A DNA stretch of 64,000 nucleotides from Acidobacteriota bacterium (GTDB lineage: Bacteria > Acidobacteriota > UBA6911), in contig OY761556.1 in NCBI GenBank assembly GCA_963664705.1, forward strand, positions 1,344,001-1,408,000, given 5' to 3'. The position numbers were made by a program, and so were the translations under genes. Below are positions 32,528-42,573 of the stretch, piece after piece. A model generated the notes under the pieces. That model worked only from the letters and a program-made list of their open reading frames with translations. It made no database searches and had not been told where the DNA came from. Position 1 is the first letter of the stretch, and the number at the start of each line of letters is the position of its first letter.

Positions 32528-33517
32528 ATGAAACGAACCTGGTCGCTTGTCATCAGCATCGCGCTGACCGCCGTGATCGGCTATGTGCTGTACCGCAGCG
32601 TGCCCGACTGGGGGCAGGCTGTCTCGATCATGATTTCGGCGCGCCCGCAATGGTTCCTGGCCGGAATCTGCTTTGTCGGGCTCCACATGGTCATGCGCTC
32701 GCTGCGCTGGAGCCTGCTGCTCCGCCCGGTCAAGAGCGGCATCCCGCTGAAGAGCTTTCTTTCGGTGACCATCATCAAATACGTCATCAACGTCATTCCG
32801 CCGCGCGTCGGCGAAATTGCCGGATCGGTGCTGCTGGCGCGCAAGGAGAAGATCCCCTCCTCCTCGGCCATCGCCAGCTCTCTGTTCGAACGGGTGCTCG
32901 ACGCGCTGGCCGTCCTGTCGATTTTCGGCTTTTACCTTTTCTTCTGCGCCGGATGGTATGCGCCGACTTCGAAGCGCGGGCGCGAGATTTTCGACACGAT
33001 CCGGACTTCGACGATGGTGGGGATGGCGGTGTTTGCCGTGCTGCTGATTCTTCTGCTGCTGTTCCTGCACAGCGAGCGCTGGCACAACCGTGTTCCGGGG
33101 ATCCTCCGGAAGCACGTCCTCTCGTTTGCCGACGGCCTGCGCTCGATCCAGAGCTGGCCGGCCGCGATCAAAGTCGGAGCGCTTTCGATCCTGATCTGGC
33201 TGTCGATCAGCGCGCAGCTCTGGTGCTTTACGCGCGCTTATCTCGATGATTTTCCGTTCACCGGCGCGCTCTTCATCATGGCAATCACGGTCGTCGGCGT
33301 GGCGATTCCTACGCCGGGCGGCGTGGGCGGATTCCAGTTTTTCATGGCGCTCGGGCTGATCCATTTCTTCCGCGCCTTTATCCCGGGCGTTGATCCGGAA
33401 TCGCAGGCGGGCGGCGTCAGCAACGGCGTTTACCTCATGTCGATGGGGCCGGTGATTTTACTCGGCCTTGTTCTTCTGCATCGCGAAGGAATTTCTCTGT
33501 CCGAATTAAAACGTTGA
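32528..33517 (+). CDS. Lysylphosphatidylglycerol synthase TM / UPF0104 flippase-like membrane protein
   Basis: RSLRW, NVIPPRVGE, ERVLD, PTPGGVGGF. Confidence 0.85.
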   Translation: MKRTWSLVISIALTAVIGYVLYRSVPDWGQAVSIMISARPQWFLAGICFVGLHMVMRSLRWSLLLRPVKSGIPLKSFLSVTIIKYVINVIPPRVGEIAGSVLLARKEKIPSSSAIASSLFERVLDALAVLSIFGFYLFFCAGWYAPTSKRGREIFDTIRTSTMVGMAVFAVLLILLLLFLHSERWHNRVPGILRKHVLSFADGLRSIQSWPAAIKVGALSILIWLSISAQLWCFTRAYLDDFPFTGALFIMAITVVGVAIPTPGGVGGFQFFMALGLIHFFRAFIPGVDPESQAGGVSNGVYLMSMGPVILLGLVLLHREGISLSELKR

Positions 33518-33657
33518 ACGTTGGACGTTGGGACGTTGGACGTTGGGACGTTGAAACGTTGCACGTTACACGTTGAACGTTATAACGTTCCCTCGTCCAA
33601 CGTCTCAACGTCTAACGTCCAACGTTCCAACGTTCCAACGTTCCAACGTCCCAACGT
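33510..33657. repeat. ACGT-core repeat cluster, bipartite; overlaps the upstream stop codon
   Basis: aaacgttga supplies the stop, followed by G-rich then C-rich units. Confidence 0.92.
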
Positions 33658-33764
33658 TGATCGTTCCGCGTTTCACGATTGCTATTACTAAATACCAATT
33701 TTATGTTTGGAACAGGTGGTTATCCTCCACCCGGAAGAATGCTATATTTTATGACAGGGTAGGG

Positions 33765-34424
33765 ATGGATATGGGAAATTACCAGTTGATTCTGGCAGAT
33801 GATCACGCGCTTTTCAGAGAAGGGTTGAAGCTGGTCTTAAGTCAAAAGCCCGAATTCCAGATCGCCGGCGAAGCCAGCGACGGGCTCGAGCTGCTCGGCA
33901 TGCTGAAACACGGCCCGCTGCCGGACCTGGTCATCCTGGATATTTCGATGCCGCGCCTGCGGGGCATCGAAGCGATCCGGGAGATCAAGACGATCTCGGA
34001 CAAAATCCGCATCATGGTTCTTACCATGCACAAAGATGAGCGGCTTCTTTGCGAGGCGTTCGTCGCCGGGGCGGACGGATATCTTTTGAAAGAGAATGTG
34101 ACGACGGAACTTTTTACCGCTTTGACGGCAGTGCTGAGCGGCCAGGGACACATTTCGTCGCTGATGAACAATGAATTGAAAGGGGCGTGGATCAACCTCT
34201 TCCGGCAGCAGAAGGTCGTAATGCCGGATGACAATCTTTCCACGCGCGAAAAGCAGGTATTGAAAATGGTCGCCGAAGGGGCGTCCAACAAGGAAATCGC
34301 CGATCAGCTGAACATCAGCGTGCGCACGGTGGATCACCACCGGGCGAGCTTGATAGAAAAGCTCCAGTTGAAGAGCACCGCCGAGCTGATCCGTTACGCG
34401 ATTTCAAAAGCTTATATTGATTAG
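33765..34424 (+). CDS. NarL/LuxR-family DNA-binding response regulator
   Basis: LADDH, ILDISMP, GYLLK, LSTREKQVL..SNKEIA..ISVRTV. Confidence 0.93.
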   Translation: MDMGNYQLILADDHALFREGLKLVLSQKPEFQIAGEASDGLELLGMLKHGPLPDLVILDISMPRLRGIEAIREIKTISDKIRIMVLTMHKDERLLCEAFVAGADGYLLKENVTTELFTALTAVLSGQGHISSLMNNELKGAWINLFRQQKVVMPDDNLSTREKQVLKMVAEGASNKEIADQLNISVRTVDHHRASLIEKLQLKSTAELIRYAISKAYID

Positions 34425-34528
34425 GCGGCGTTGCTCGCGCAAACACGCAACCGCAGCCGTAGATTCCTGATTTCCAATTCCCAATTCGAAGAGTACGGGG
34501 CTCCACTTCGAATAGAAAGAGTGGCCGA

Positions 34529-35011
34529 ATGCCCGGACCGTATCGCATTATCCTGACCGACAATCATGCTCCCCTCAGGAGCGCGGTAAAATCGCTCCTG
34601 GAAGAGTCGGGGGAGTACCTTGTCGTCGGAGAGGCGGGGGATGGAGCCCAGCTTCTGAAGCTGCTGCAGGACGGAGTCGAAGCGGATGCGCTGGTGCTGG
34701 ATCTGATGATGCCGGTCATGACCGGCGTCGAGGCCGCCGGCGAAATCCGGCGGCTGGGGTTCCCGATCGCGATCCTGGTGCTCACGATGCACCAGGAGAC
34801 CGAACTGCTGTGCCGCGCCTTCAAAGTCGGAGTCAATGGTTATGCCCTGAAGGACGGGATTGCCAGGGATCTGCTGCCGGGGCTGCGCGCCGTGATCGAA
34901 GGGAAGCTGTTTCTGTCGCCCGAAATCAAGGGCGAGTTGCCGGCGACGTGTACCGTTAAGAAGGTGGAAGGCAGTCTAATAGCTCTAGGTTTCGCCCACT
35001 GTACGGCGTGA
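34529..35011 (+). CDS. NarL-type receiver-only response regulator (no HTH)
   Basis: LTDNH, VLDLMMP, VLTMH, GYALK; ends without a LuxR HTH. Confidence 0.85.
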   Translation: MPGPYRIILTDNHAPLRSAVKSLLEESGEYLVVGEAGDGAQLLKLLQDGVEADALVLDLMMPVMTGVEAAGEIRRLGFPIAILVLTMHQETELLCRAFKVGVNGYALKDGIARDLLPGLRAVIEGKLFLSPEIKGELPATCTVKKVEGSLIALGFAHCTA

Positions 35012-35014
35012 ATG

Positions 35015-35099
35015 AAACGTTAGACGTTGGACGATAAAACGTTGGACGTTGAAACGTTGGAACGTTGGACGTTGAACGTTGGGACGTTGGACGTTGGAA
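35015..35099 (+). repeat. ACGT-core repeat cluster, G-rich arm
   Basis: Tandem units between convergent stops. Confidence 0.92.
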
Positions 35100-35107
35100 A
35101 GAGCGTA

Positions 35108-35356
35108 TCACGCCACTTCGGTTTTGGGCGCGCTCTTTATCAGAATACTGGGCTGATGATTCTGGTCCGGAACGGGCAAATTCATTTCCCTTAATGTATC
35201 CACGAATTCCTGCATATCGGACTTTGCCGTGCGAAGGCACTCTTCCAATGATCGGCCCGCACCCGTAAAACCGCCAAGGTCCGGCGAGTAAAAAGAGAAA
35301 AACTCAGGATCGCCGGTGGCCTCGATTACCAGAGAATACGGCAATTCGATTATCAT
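35108..35356 (-). CDS. hicB: HicB-family antitoxin
   Basis: YSLVIE...YSPDLGGFTGAGRSLEECL..A; ATGA overlap with hicA. Confidence 0.85.
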   Translation of the reverse strand: MIIELPYSLVIEATGDPEFFSFYSPDLGGFTGAGRSLEECLRTAKSDMQEFVDTLREMNLPVPDQNHQPSILIKSAPKTEVA

Positions 35357-35550
35357 CTTCCCCCTCCACTCAATCCGGCTGCCCTTAAGATAGAATAGCA
35401 AGTCCCTGCCGGTACTTCCTTCGTGCCGTGGAAATCCACGCGGATCAGTTTCATATGGCCGGTTTTCCCATAGAAACGGATTGAACCACGTTCCTTAACC
35501 AGGTGGAATCCATTTCGTTCCAACAGCCGAACAAGCTCACTGAACTTCAT
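35353..35550 (-). CDS. hicA: HicA-family toxin
   Basis: MKFSELVRLLERNGF....GS.....H..KEVPAGT..SIL..AGL. Confidence 0.85.
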   Translation of the reverse strand: MKFSELVRLLERNGFHLVKERGSIRFYGKTGHMKLIRVDFHGTKEVPAGTCYSILRAAGLSGGGR

Positions 35551-35644
35551 TATATCAACCCGTTCTAATGACGCAAAAGAACAAACGGAAGATCGCTGTT
35601 GTGAATGTTTCGGCGGCGGATTTTTCATTTCAGCAAATTTTCTT

Positions 35645-35748
35645 TGGACGTTGAACCGTTGGACGCTGGGACGTTGAACGTTGGACCTTGGACGTTGGAC
35701 GATGAACGTTGGACGTTGGACGATAAAACGTTGGACGTTGAGACGTTG
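35645..35748 (+). repeat. ACGT-core repeat cluster, G-rich arm
   Basis: Tandem ttggacg variants. Confidence 0.92.
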
Positions 35749-35808
35749 ATTTAGAATTAACCAACAATCTATAAAATGCCGATATAAAGATTTCTACAGG
35801 AGATATTT

Positions 35809-36225
35809 ATGTCGGAAACCGTAGCCTTTCTGAAAGCCTTGACTCCGGAGTCAAAGACCAGCCTGGGTGCGCCCCAGGTTCAGATTCATCGCTATCCCTA
35901 TCGCGTTGGCCGAGAAAGCCGCGAAGCGGGAGCTGCTGCGTTCCCGAATTCCCGCAGGCGCCAGGATTCCAGCCCCAACAACGAGCTTTACCTGCTGGAT
36001 GATGGCAAGATGCTGAATATCTCCCGGGAGCATTTCCAGATCGAACAGCGCCACGGAAACTTCTACATCGTGGACCGCAACAGCATGTGCGGAACGATTG
36101 TCGAAGGAGAGATTATCGGGCAGGGCCGGAATGGCGGCGCCAGGCAGCTCAACAATGGCGACGTCATAATCGTCGGCACCTCCGAATCCAAACAAGTCCT
36201 CAAATTCGTCACTTTGACGCCGTAA
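35809..36225 (+). CDS. FHA-domain protein
   Basis: RVGR, ISREH, DRNSMCGT, LNNGDVI. Confidence 0.88.
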   Translation: MSETVAFLKALTPESKTSLGAPQVQIHRYPYRVGRESREAGAAAFPNSRRRQDSSPNNELYLLDDGKMLNISREHFQIEQRHGNFYIVDRNSMCGTIVEGEIIGQGRNGGARQLNNGDVIIVGTSESKQVLKFVTLTP

Positions 36226-36304
36226 CGTCCAACGTCCAAACGTCCAACGTTTCAACGTTCAACGTTCAACGTTCAACGTTCCAACGTTCAACGTTCCAAC
36301 GTCC
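36224..36304 (-). repeat. ACGT-core repeat cluster, C-rich arm
   Basis: aacgtcc/aacgttc units starting at the FHA stop codon. Confidence 0.92.
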
Positions 36305-36517
36305 GATGTCGGTTCACCTAACACCTTCTGTAAACGATATTTACAAAACATTCCCATGGGATTTATTTACATTAGATAGACAATTCTTTTCATTTTTCTA
36401 ACTCCACGCCGAAGGCTACTTACAGCCCCCAATTGCAAATTCCTTTCCCGCGCGATCCCGCTGGTCATTCTTTTGCCTATATCCAGGGCGAACCACACAT
36501 GGAGGTGTAATGTGCCT

Positions 36518-37054
36518 ATGCGAAAGCTATTCCTCACTATATTGATATGCGCCTTTGCTGCGCTTCCGGCCGCGGCCGACAGCTGGATGACGGTCTACGG
36601 CCCGGAGGGCGGGATCGTCGGGCAGGTCATCGCAACCGAAGCGGACAAGCAGGCCAACGGGACGGACTTCATTTACACGATCCCCGGCTTTGCCATCGAT
36701 GGCGATCAGTTCAGCAACTATACAACGCTCTACCCCAGCAATCCGGCCGTCATCAGCGACGTGTTCGGCATTGCCTTCACCAATGACGATTATTTTCTGA
36801 GTTTTTCCGCTGATTTTGCCGGCAACCCGGATCCGTTTTACTACGCCGATCTGGTCAGTTCCGATAATCAGAACTTTCTCAACGCCGGGCAGCCTTTTGA
36901 AGCCACGCAATACCTTTCACAGAGCTTGCAGGATCAGGGATACACGGCTTTTTATCAGTCGACTGCGGGTTCCCCTGTCCCGGAGCCGGGATCTCTGATC
37001 CTGCTTGGTAGCGGCATTGCCGGCATCTCGATCTTCCTGCGCAGGAAGCGGTAG
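36518..37054 (+). CDS. PEP-CTERM sorting-domain protein
   Basis: Signal peptide; VPEPGSLILLGSGIAGISIFLRRKR. Confidence 0.92.
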   Translation: MRKLFLTILICAFAALPAAADSWMTVYGPEGGIVGQVIATEADKQANGTDFIYTIPGFAIDGDQFSNYTTLYPSNPAVISDVFGIAFTNDDYFLSFSADFAGNPDPFYYADLVSSDNQNFLNAGQPFEATQYLSQSLQDQGYTAFYQSTAGSPVPEPGSLILLGSGIAGISIFLRRKR

Positions 37055-37129
37055 CCGGAACTTCATAAATGATGAGGCCGGCGCCAGTCTGCGCTTGTCA
37101 GTCCGGAGGCGCATTCCTATAATCGGCGT

Positions 37130-38314
37130 GTGAAACCTATTGCTCTGGCGCTGGCTCTCATCCTGACCGTCCTCTCCGCTGTCATTGTCCTCACCGAAAC
37201 CTGTTATCGCGACGATCTCCGGGTGCAGCGGCGCCTGGCCCGCTATTCCGCTGTCGCCGACCAGCGCGTCCACGACGCGGCCGAGGCGCTGCGCGACAAG
37301 GGAACGCCCGCTGCGCTGAAGGAAGCGGTCGAGCTGTACCGCGACGTCCTTTCGAGAGACCGTGAAAATCCCTATCGCTGGTGCGACCTGGGACGCGCCC
37401 TGCAGGACTCGCAAAACACCGTGGAAGCCCGCCGCTGCTTTGAAGAGGCGGTCCGCCTCGGTCCGAACAACATCCAGACGCTGTCGCACGTCGTGGAATT
37501 CTACCTGGCGGTGCATCAGCCGAAGGAAGTCTTCCGCTATGCCGCGCGGATGCTCGACAAGGATCCCGGGAGCCGCGAAACCATCTTCTACCAGTACCTC
37601 CAGAAGGATCTCGATTTCGGGGACACCCTCCGATACGGCATTCCGGCAAACCAGCCGGTGGCGCAGGCATACATGCGCGCCCTCATTCGCAACGGCGATT
37701 CGGAGAAGGCGGGATTGGGATGGACCTGGCTGGCCTCCAAGGGCTACGCGGATGGAGCCATCGCCGGCGAATACGCCTCTTTCCTGATCCGGATCGGCGA
37801 TCCGGCCGGTGCGCGCAATGCCTGGATGGCTTGGGCCGGGACGCGCGGGCAGCCCAACCGGCTCTACAACCCCGGCTTCGAAGCGGAGCCGCTCCGCTCC
37901 CCCTTCGACTGGCAGCTGTCGCAGACCCGGGGCGTCGAAACCACACGGGATGAGTCGGTGCATCGGGAAGGGAAGTGGTCGCTTCGGGTGGAGTTTGACG
38001 GGAAGGAAAACGTGGCCTACGGCCACGCGAGTCAGTCGGTGTATCTGGAGGCGGGGAAGTATGTGCTGCGCGGATGGGTCCGGACGGAAGGGATTACGAC
38101 GGACAAAGGGATCGGACTGCGCGCCAACGGCTTTATGACCCGGCAGCTCACCGGAACCAATGACTGGACGCTGCTGGAGCAGGAGTTCGAGATGAAGGAG
38201 CCATCGCTGGTGCGGATCGAAGTGTTTCGACGGTCTTCGGAGCGCTTTGCCAACAAAATCGCCGGCATCGCCTGGATCGACGATCTATCCATTACGTTGA
38301 ACGTGGAACGTTGA
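37130..38314 (+). CDS. TPR-containing protein with C-terminal carbohydrate-binding-like domain
   Basis: N-terminal TM, TPR-like helices, NPGFE...W...GTNDW..WIDDL. Confidence 0.7.
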   Translation: MKPIALALALILTVLSAVIVLTETCYRDDLRVQRRLARYSAVADQRVHDAAEALRDKGTPAALKEAVELYRDVLSRDRENPYRWCDLGRALQDSQNTVEARRCFEEAVRLGPNNIQTLSHVVEFYLAVHQPKEVFRYAARMLDKDPGSRETIFYQYLQKDLDFGDTLRYGIPANQPVAQAYMRALIRNGDSEKAGLGWTWLASKGYADGAIAGEYASFLIRIGDPAGARNAWMAWAGTRGQPNRLYNPGFEAEPLRSPFDWQLSQTRGVETTRDESVHREGKWSLRVEFDGKENVAYGHASQSVYLEAGKYVLRGWVRTEGITTDKGIGLRANGFMTRQLTGTNDWTLLEQEFEMKEPSLVRIEVFRRSSERFANKIAGIAWIDDLSITLNVER

Positions 38315-38350
38315 ACGTTGGAACGTTGAAACGTTTAACGTTCCACGTTC
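38293..38350. repeat. ACGT-core bipartite cluster overlapping the 3' ends of two convergent genes
   Basis: Both proteins end in repeat-encoded NVER*. Confidence 0.88.
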
Positions 38351-39252
38351 ATGTACCAAGCATAGGTTTCGGCGATACCTTTTTTTAAGTCGACACGGGG
38401 TTTCCATCCAATCGCCTGCAACCGCGAAACATCCAGCAGCTTGCGCGGCGTGCCGTCGGGCATGGATGAATCGAAGATCATCTCACCCTGGTATCCCACC
38501 GTTTCTTTTACGATCTCGCATAATTCCCGGATGGTGAGATCCTCGCCGGTCCCGACATTCATGATCTCCCCGGAATCGTAATGCTCCATCAGGAAGACGA
38601 GCGCGTCGGCGAGATCGTCGACGTGCAGGAACTCGCGCCGCGGCGTCCCTGTGCCCCAGACCGTGACGGCTTTTTCGCCCGCGAGCTTTGCCTCGTGAAA
38701 TTTCCGGATCAGCGCTGGAAGCACGTGCGACGTCTTCAGGTCGAAGTTGTCGCCGGGGCCATACAGGTTGGTCGGCATTGCGCTGACGGTTTTGAACCCG
38801 TGCTGCTGCCGGTAGGCCTGGCACATTTTGATTCCGGCGATTTTCGCCACGGCATACCACTCGTTGGTCGGCTCGAGCGATCCCGTCAGCAGGTATTCTT
38901 CCCTGATCGGCTGCGCCGCCATCTTGGGGTAAATGCAGGAGGAGCCGGTGAAGAGAAGCTTCTGTACTCCGTATTTCCATGCGGCGTGGATGACGTTCGC
39001 CTCGATCATGAGGTTTTCGTAGATGAACTCGGCGGGCCAGGTGCTGTTGGCGTAGATTCCGCCGACGCGTGCGGCGACGAGGTAGACCTGCTCCGGCCGC
39101 TCCCTGTCGAAGAAGGCGTTGACCGCGGCCTGGTCCCTAAGATCCAGTTCGTCGAGGGTGCGGACCAGCAGGTCGCAGCTCCCCTGCAGACGGCGCGTCA
39201 CCGCTGACCCCACCAATCCCGTATGTCCCGCCACATAAACCTTTGTCATCAT
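38335..39252 (-). CDS. fcl: GDP-L-fucose synthase
   Basis: [47 protein letters not shown]. Confidence 0.95.
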   Translation of the reverse strand: MMTKVYVAGHTGLVGSAVTRRLQGSCDLLVRTLDELDLRDQAAVNAFFDRERPEQVYLVAARVGGIYANSTWPAEFIYENLMIEANVIHAAWKYGVQKLLFTGSSCIYPKMAAQPIREEYLLTGSLEPTNEWYAVAKIAGIKMCQAYRQQHGFKTVSAMPTNLYGPGDNFDLKTSHVLPALIRKFHEAKLAGEKAVTVWGTGTPRREFLHVDDLADALVFLMEHYDSGEIMNVGTGEDLTIRELCEIVKETVGYQGEMIFDSSMPDGTPRKLLDVSRLQAIGWKPRVDLKKGIAETYAWYMNVER

Positions 39253-39261
39253 CCCTCAACA

Positions 39262-39314
39262 TCCCCCGTCCCACATCCCAACGTCCAACGTCCCAACGTC
39301 CAACGTCCAACGTT
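39262..39314 (-). repeat. ACGT-core repeat cluster, C-rich arm
   Basis: ccaacgt units in the gmd-fcl gap. Confidence 0.88.
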
Positions 39315-39315
39315 C

Positions 39316-40356
39316 TTATACCGCCCTTAACCCGGCAATTTTATGCCCCGCACTGCGTAAAGTACATTCCTGCCTCGCTAACTCCATATCATGATCGACC
39401 ATCATTCGCACCAATTCCTTAAACCCGACCCTCGGTTCCCATCCCAGCTTGGTGCGGGCCTTGGACGCGTCCCCTTCAAGATGATCGACTTCGGTCGGCC
39501 GCAGGTAGCGCGGATCCATTTCGACATAAGGCTTCCAGTCGATGCCGGCATAGCCGAAGGCTTCGTCGAGCAGTTCCTGCACGGAATGCGTCTCCCCGGT
39601 CGCGATGACGTAATCGTCCGGCTCGGACTGCTGCAGCATGCGCCACATCGCCTCGACGTAATCACCGGCGAATCCCCAGTCGCGCTTGGCCTCCAGGTTG
39701 CCCATGAAGAGCTTGGCCTGCAGCCCGTTTTTGATCCGACCGACCGCCCGGGTGACTTTGCGGGTGACAAAAGTTTCGCCGCGGCGGGGCGACTCGTGAT
39801 TGAACAGGATGCCGTTGCAGATGAACAGTCCGTACGCCTCGCGGTAGTTGATACCGTACCAGTGGGCGGCGACTTTGCTGACGCCGTACGGGCTGCGCGG
39901 ATAAAAGGGAGTCTTCTCGCTTTGCGGCGCCGGTGCCGCGCCGAACATTTCGGACGACCCGGCCTGGTACAGGCGAATGCGCCACCCGCCCGTGCCGCAG
40001 ACGTCGCGCATGGCTTCGAGCAGGCGCAGCGTGCCGGTGGCGACGGTGTCGGCGGTGTACTCCGGCTGATCGAACGAGACGCGGACGTGCGACTGCGCGC
40101 CGAGGTTGTAGACCTCCTGCGGCTCGATTTTTTCCAGGATGCGGCGCAGGCTGGTGCCGTCGGTGAGGTCGCCGTAGTGGAGGAAGAGACGGCTGCCCAG
40201 TTCGTGCGGGTCGGCGTAAATTTCCTCGATGCGGTCGGTATTGAAGGTGCTGGTGCGCCGGATGATCCCGTGCACTTCGTAGCCTTTATCGAGCAGCAGC
40301 CGTGCCAGGTACGATCCATCCTGCCCGGTAATCCCCGTAATCAATGCTCTTTTCAT
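39316..40356 (-). CDS. gmd: GDP-mannose 4,6-dehydratase
   Basis: [41 protein letters not shown]. Confidence 0.97.
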   Translation of the reverse strand: MKRALITGITGQDGSYLARLLLDKGYEVHGIIRRTSTFNTDRIEEIYADPHELGSRLFLHYGDLTDGTSLRRILEKIEPQEVYNLGAQSHVRVSFDQPEYTADTVATGTLRLLEAMRDVCGTGGWRIRLYQAGSSEMFGAAPAPQSEKTPFYPRSPYGVSKVAAHWYGINYREAYGLFICNGILFNHESPRRGETFVTRKVTRAVGRIKNGLQAKLFMGNLEAKRDWGFAGDYVEAMWRMLQQSEPDDYVIATGETHSVQELLDEAFGYAGIDWKPYVEMDPRYLRPTEVDHLEGDASKARTKLGWEPRVGFKELVRMMVDHDMELARQECTLRSAGHKIAGLRAV

Positions 40357-40367
40357 AATCGTCACAC

Positions 40368-42150
40368 CGGGAGCGCCGGTGTCCCTCCGAATGCTGCCTG
40401 CTATTTGCCCGAGGAGGCTGGGAGCGCGATGCATCTCAGCCCCACGTTATTTGCCCAAGGAATCTGGAAGCGCAATGCATCTCAGCCCCATGTTATTTGC
40501 CCAAGAAATCTGGAAGCGCGATGCATCCAGCCCCATGTTATTTGCCCAAGAAATCTGGAAGCGCAATGCATCTCCGCCCCATGCTATTTGCCCAAGAAAT
40601 CTGGGAGCGCGATGCATCCAGCCCCAGCGGGGCGGTCAGAACGTAGCCGGGGGTGAAGCGAAGCGAACCCCCGGATTGGATTAGGTTGGCAACAAGCCCT
40701 GAAAGGGGCGGCAGAATGCCGATGTTTCGCCCTTGCCGGGGCTCTTTCTCGTGCACATCGCTACCGGGGGTTCGCTTCGCTTCACCCCCGGCTACGATCT
40801 TTCGGCCCTCCGGGCCTTTGCTTCACCCTCGTCGCAGGGCTTAGAACCAATGGTAGGTCACATTGGCCGGAAGCCCAATGCCGCATGTTATTTGCCCAAG
40901 GAGGCTGGAAGCGCGATGCATCTCCGCCCCATGCTATTTGCCCAAGAAATCTGGGAGCGCGATGCATCCAGCCCCAGCGGGGCGGTCAGAACGTAGCCGG
41001 GGGTGAAGCGAAGCGAACCCCCGGATTGGATTAGGTTGGCAACAAGCCCTGAAAGGGGCGGCAGAATGCCGATGTTTCGCCCCTGCCGGGGCTCTTTCTC
41101 GTGCACATCGCTACCGGGGGTTCGCTTCGCTTCACCCCCGGCTACGTTCTTTCGGCCCTCCGGGCCTTTGCTTCACCCTCGTCGCAGGGCTTAGAACCAA
41201 TGGTAGGTCACATTGGCCGGAAGCCCAATGCCGCATGTTATTTGCCCAAGGAATCTGGAAGCGTGATGCATCTCAGCCCCACGTTATTTGCCCAAGGAGG
41301 CTGGAAGCGCAATGCATCTCCGCCCCATGCTATTTGCCCAAGAAATCTGGGAGCGCGATGCATCCAGCCCCAGCGGGGCGGTCAGAACGTAGCCGGGGGT
41401 GAAGCGAAGCGAACCCCCGGATTGGATTAGGTTGGCAACAAGCCCTGAAAGGGGCGGCAGAATGCCGATGTTTCGCCCTTGCCGGGGCTCTTTCTCGTGC
41501 ACATCGCTACCGGGGGTTCGCTTCGCTTCACCCCCGGCTACGATCTTTCGGCCCTCCGGGCCTTTGCTTCACCCTCGTCGCAGGGCTTAGAACCAATGGT
41601 AGGTCACATTGGCCGGAAGCCCAATGCCGCATGTTATTTGCCCAAGGAATCTGGAAGCGTGATGCATCTCAGCCCCACGTTATTTGCCCAAGGAGGCTGG
41701 AAGCGCAATGCATCCAGCCCCAGCGGGGCGGTCAGAAAGTAGCCGGGGGTGAAGCGAAGCGAACCCCCGGATTGGATTAGGTTGGCAACAAGCCCTGAAA
41801 GGGGCGGCAGAATGCCGATGTTTCGCCCTTGCCGGGGCTCTTTCTCGTGCACATCTCTACCGGGGGTTCGCTTCGCTTCACCCCCGGCTACGATCTTTCG
41901 GCCCTCCGGGCCTTTGCTTCACCCTCGTCGCAGGGCTTAGAACCAATGGTAGGTCACATTGGCCGGAAGCCCAATGCCGCATGTTATTTGCCCAAGGAAT
42001 CTGGAAGCGTGATGCATCTCAGCCCCAGCGGGGCGGTCAGAACGTAGCCGGGGGTGAAGCGAAGCGAACCCCCGGTAGAGACAAGTGGGAGCAAGAGCCC
42101 TGGCAGGGGCGAAAGATCGGCATTCTGCCGCTGGGACGCCGGAGCTCCCA
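40368..42150. repeat. Tandem array of 5 palindromic units separated by variable copies of a 46-bp subrepeat
   Basis: gtgaagcgaagcgaacc at 40653, 41003, 41399, 41749 and 42054 (spacings 350, 396, 350, 305); subrepeat ttatttgcccaaggaatctggaagcgtgatgcatctcagccccacg. Confidence 0.95.
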
Positions 42151-42174
42151 GGGCGGGCGCTCCCGGTGACAGCG

Positions 42175-42564
42175 CTAGGAGGGAGAAGGCGAACCGGGCT
42201 TGCACCAACCGTCTTTGCAAATCTCGCCGGGCGCGCAGCATTTATTGAAACAGACCACGCGGCTGGGCGGACAGCAGCCGTCGCTGACGCAAGTAGAGCC
42301 CGGCGGGCAGCAGCTTCCTTTGCAGACGGTGGATCCCTTCTCGCAGCATTTATTCCCGTTGAGGCACACCTGGGTATCGTTATTGCAGCAGCCATACCCG
42401 CAGGCGGTCTGGTTGGATGCGCACTTGGCGGCCGAAGCGGCGCGGACGCCCAGGAAGCCCAGAATGCCGGCGGACAGCCCCCCGGTAATCAGTTTGAGCG
42501 CCTGTCTGCGGGGCATGGATCCCGCCAGGGCTTTTGCCACGTCATCAATCAGATGATTTCCCAT
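42175..42564 (-). CDS. Tat-signal Cys-rich secreted protein
   Basis: AAGGAGG RBS; PRRQALK twin-Arg plus AxA site; 18 Cys in C-x3-5-CC repeats. Confidence 0.85.
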   Translation of the reverse strand: MGNHLIDDVAKALAGSMPRRQALKLITGGLSAGILGFLGVRAASAAKCASNQTACGYGCCNNDTQVCLNGNKCCEKGSTVCKGSCCPPGSTCVSDGCCPPSRVVCFNKCCAPGEICKDGWCKPGSPSPS

Positions 42565-42573
42565 GATTCCTCC

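Noticed and set aside
40368-42150. Possible CRISPR array
   Set aside because: Inter-repeat sequences are near-identical rather than unique spacers, units are 300-400 bp, and no cas genes are present
40379-42248. Repeated short ORFs such as MKRSEPPDW and MHEKEPRQG; N-terminal extensions of potC, potB and gmd
   Set aside because: Artefacts of the palindromic element; true starts lie downstream at the conserved N-termini
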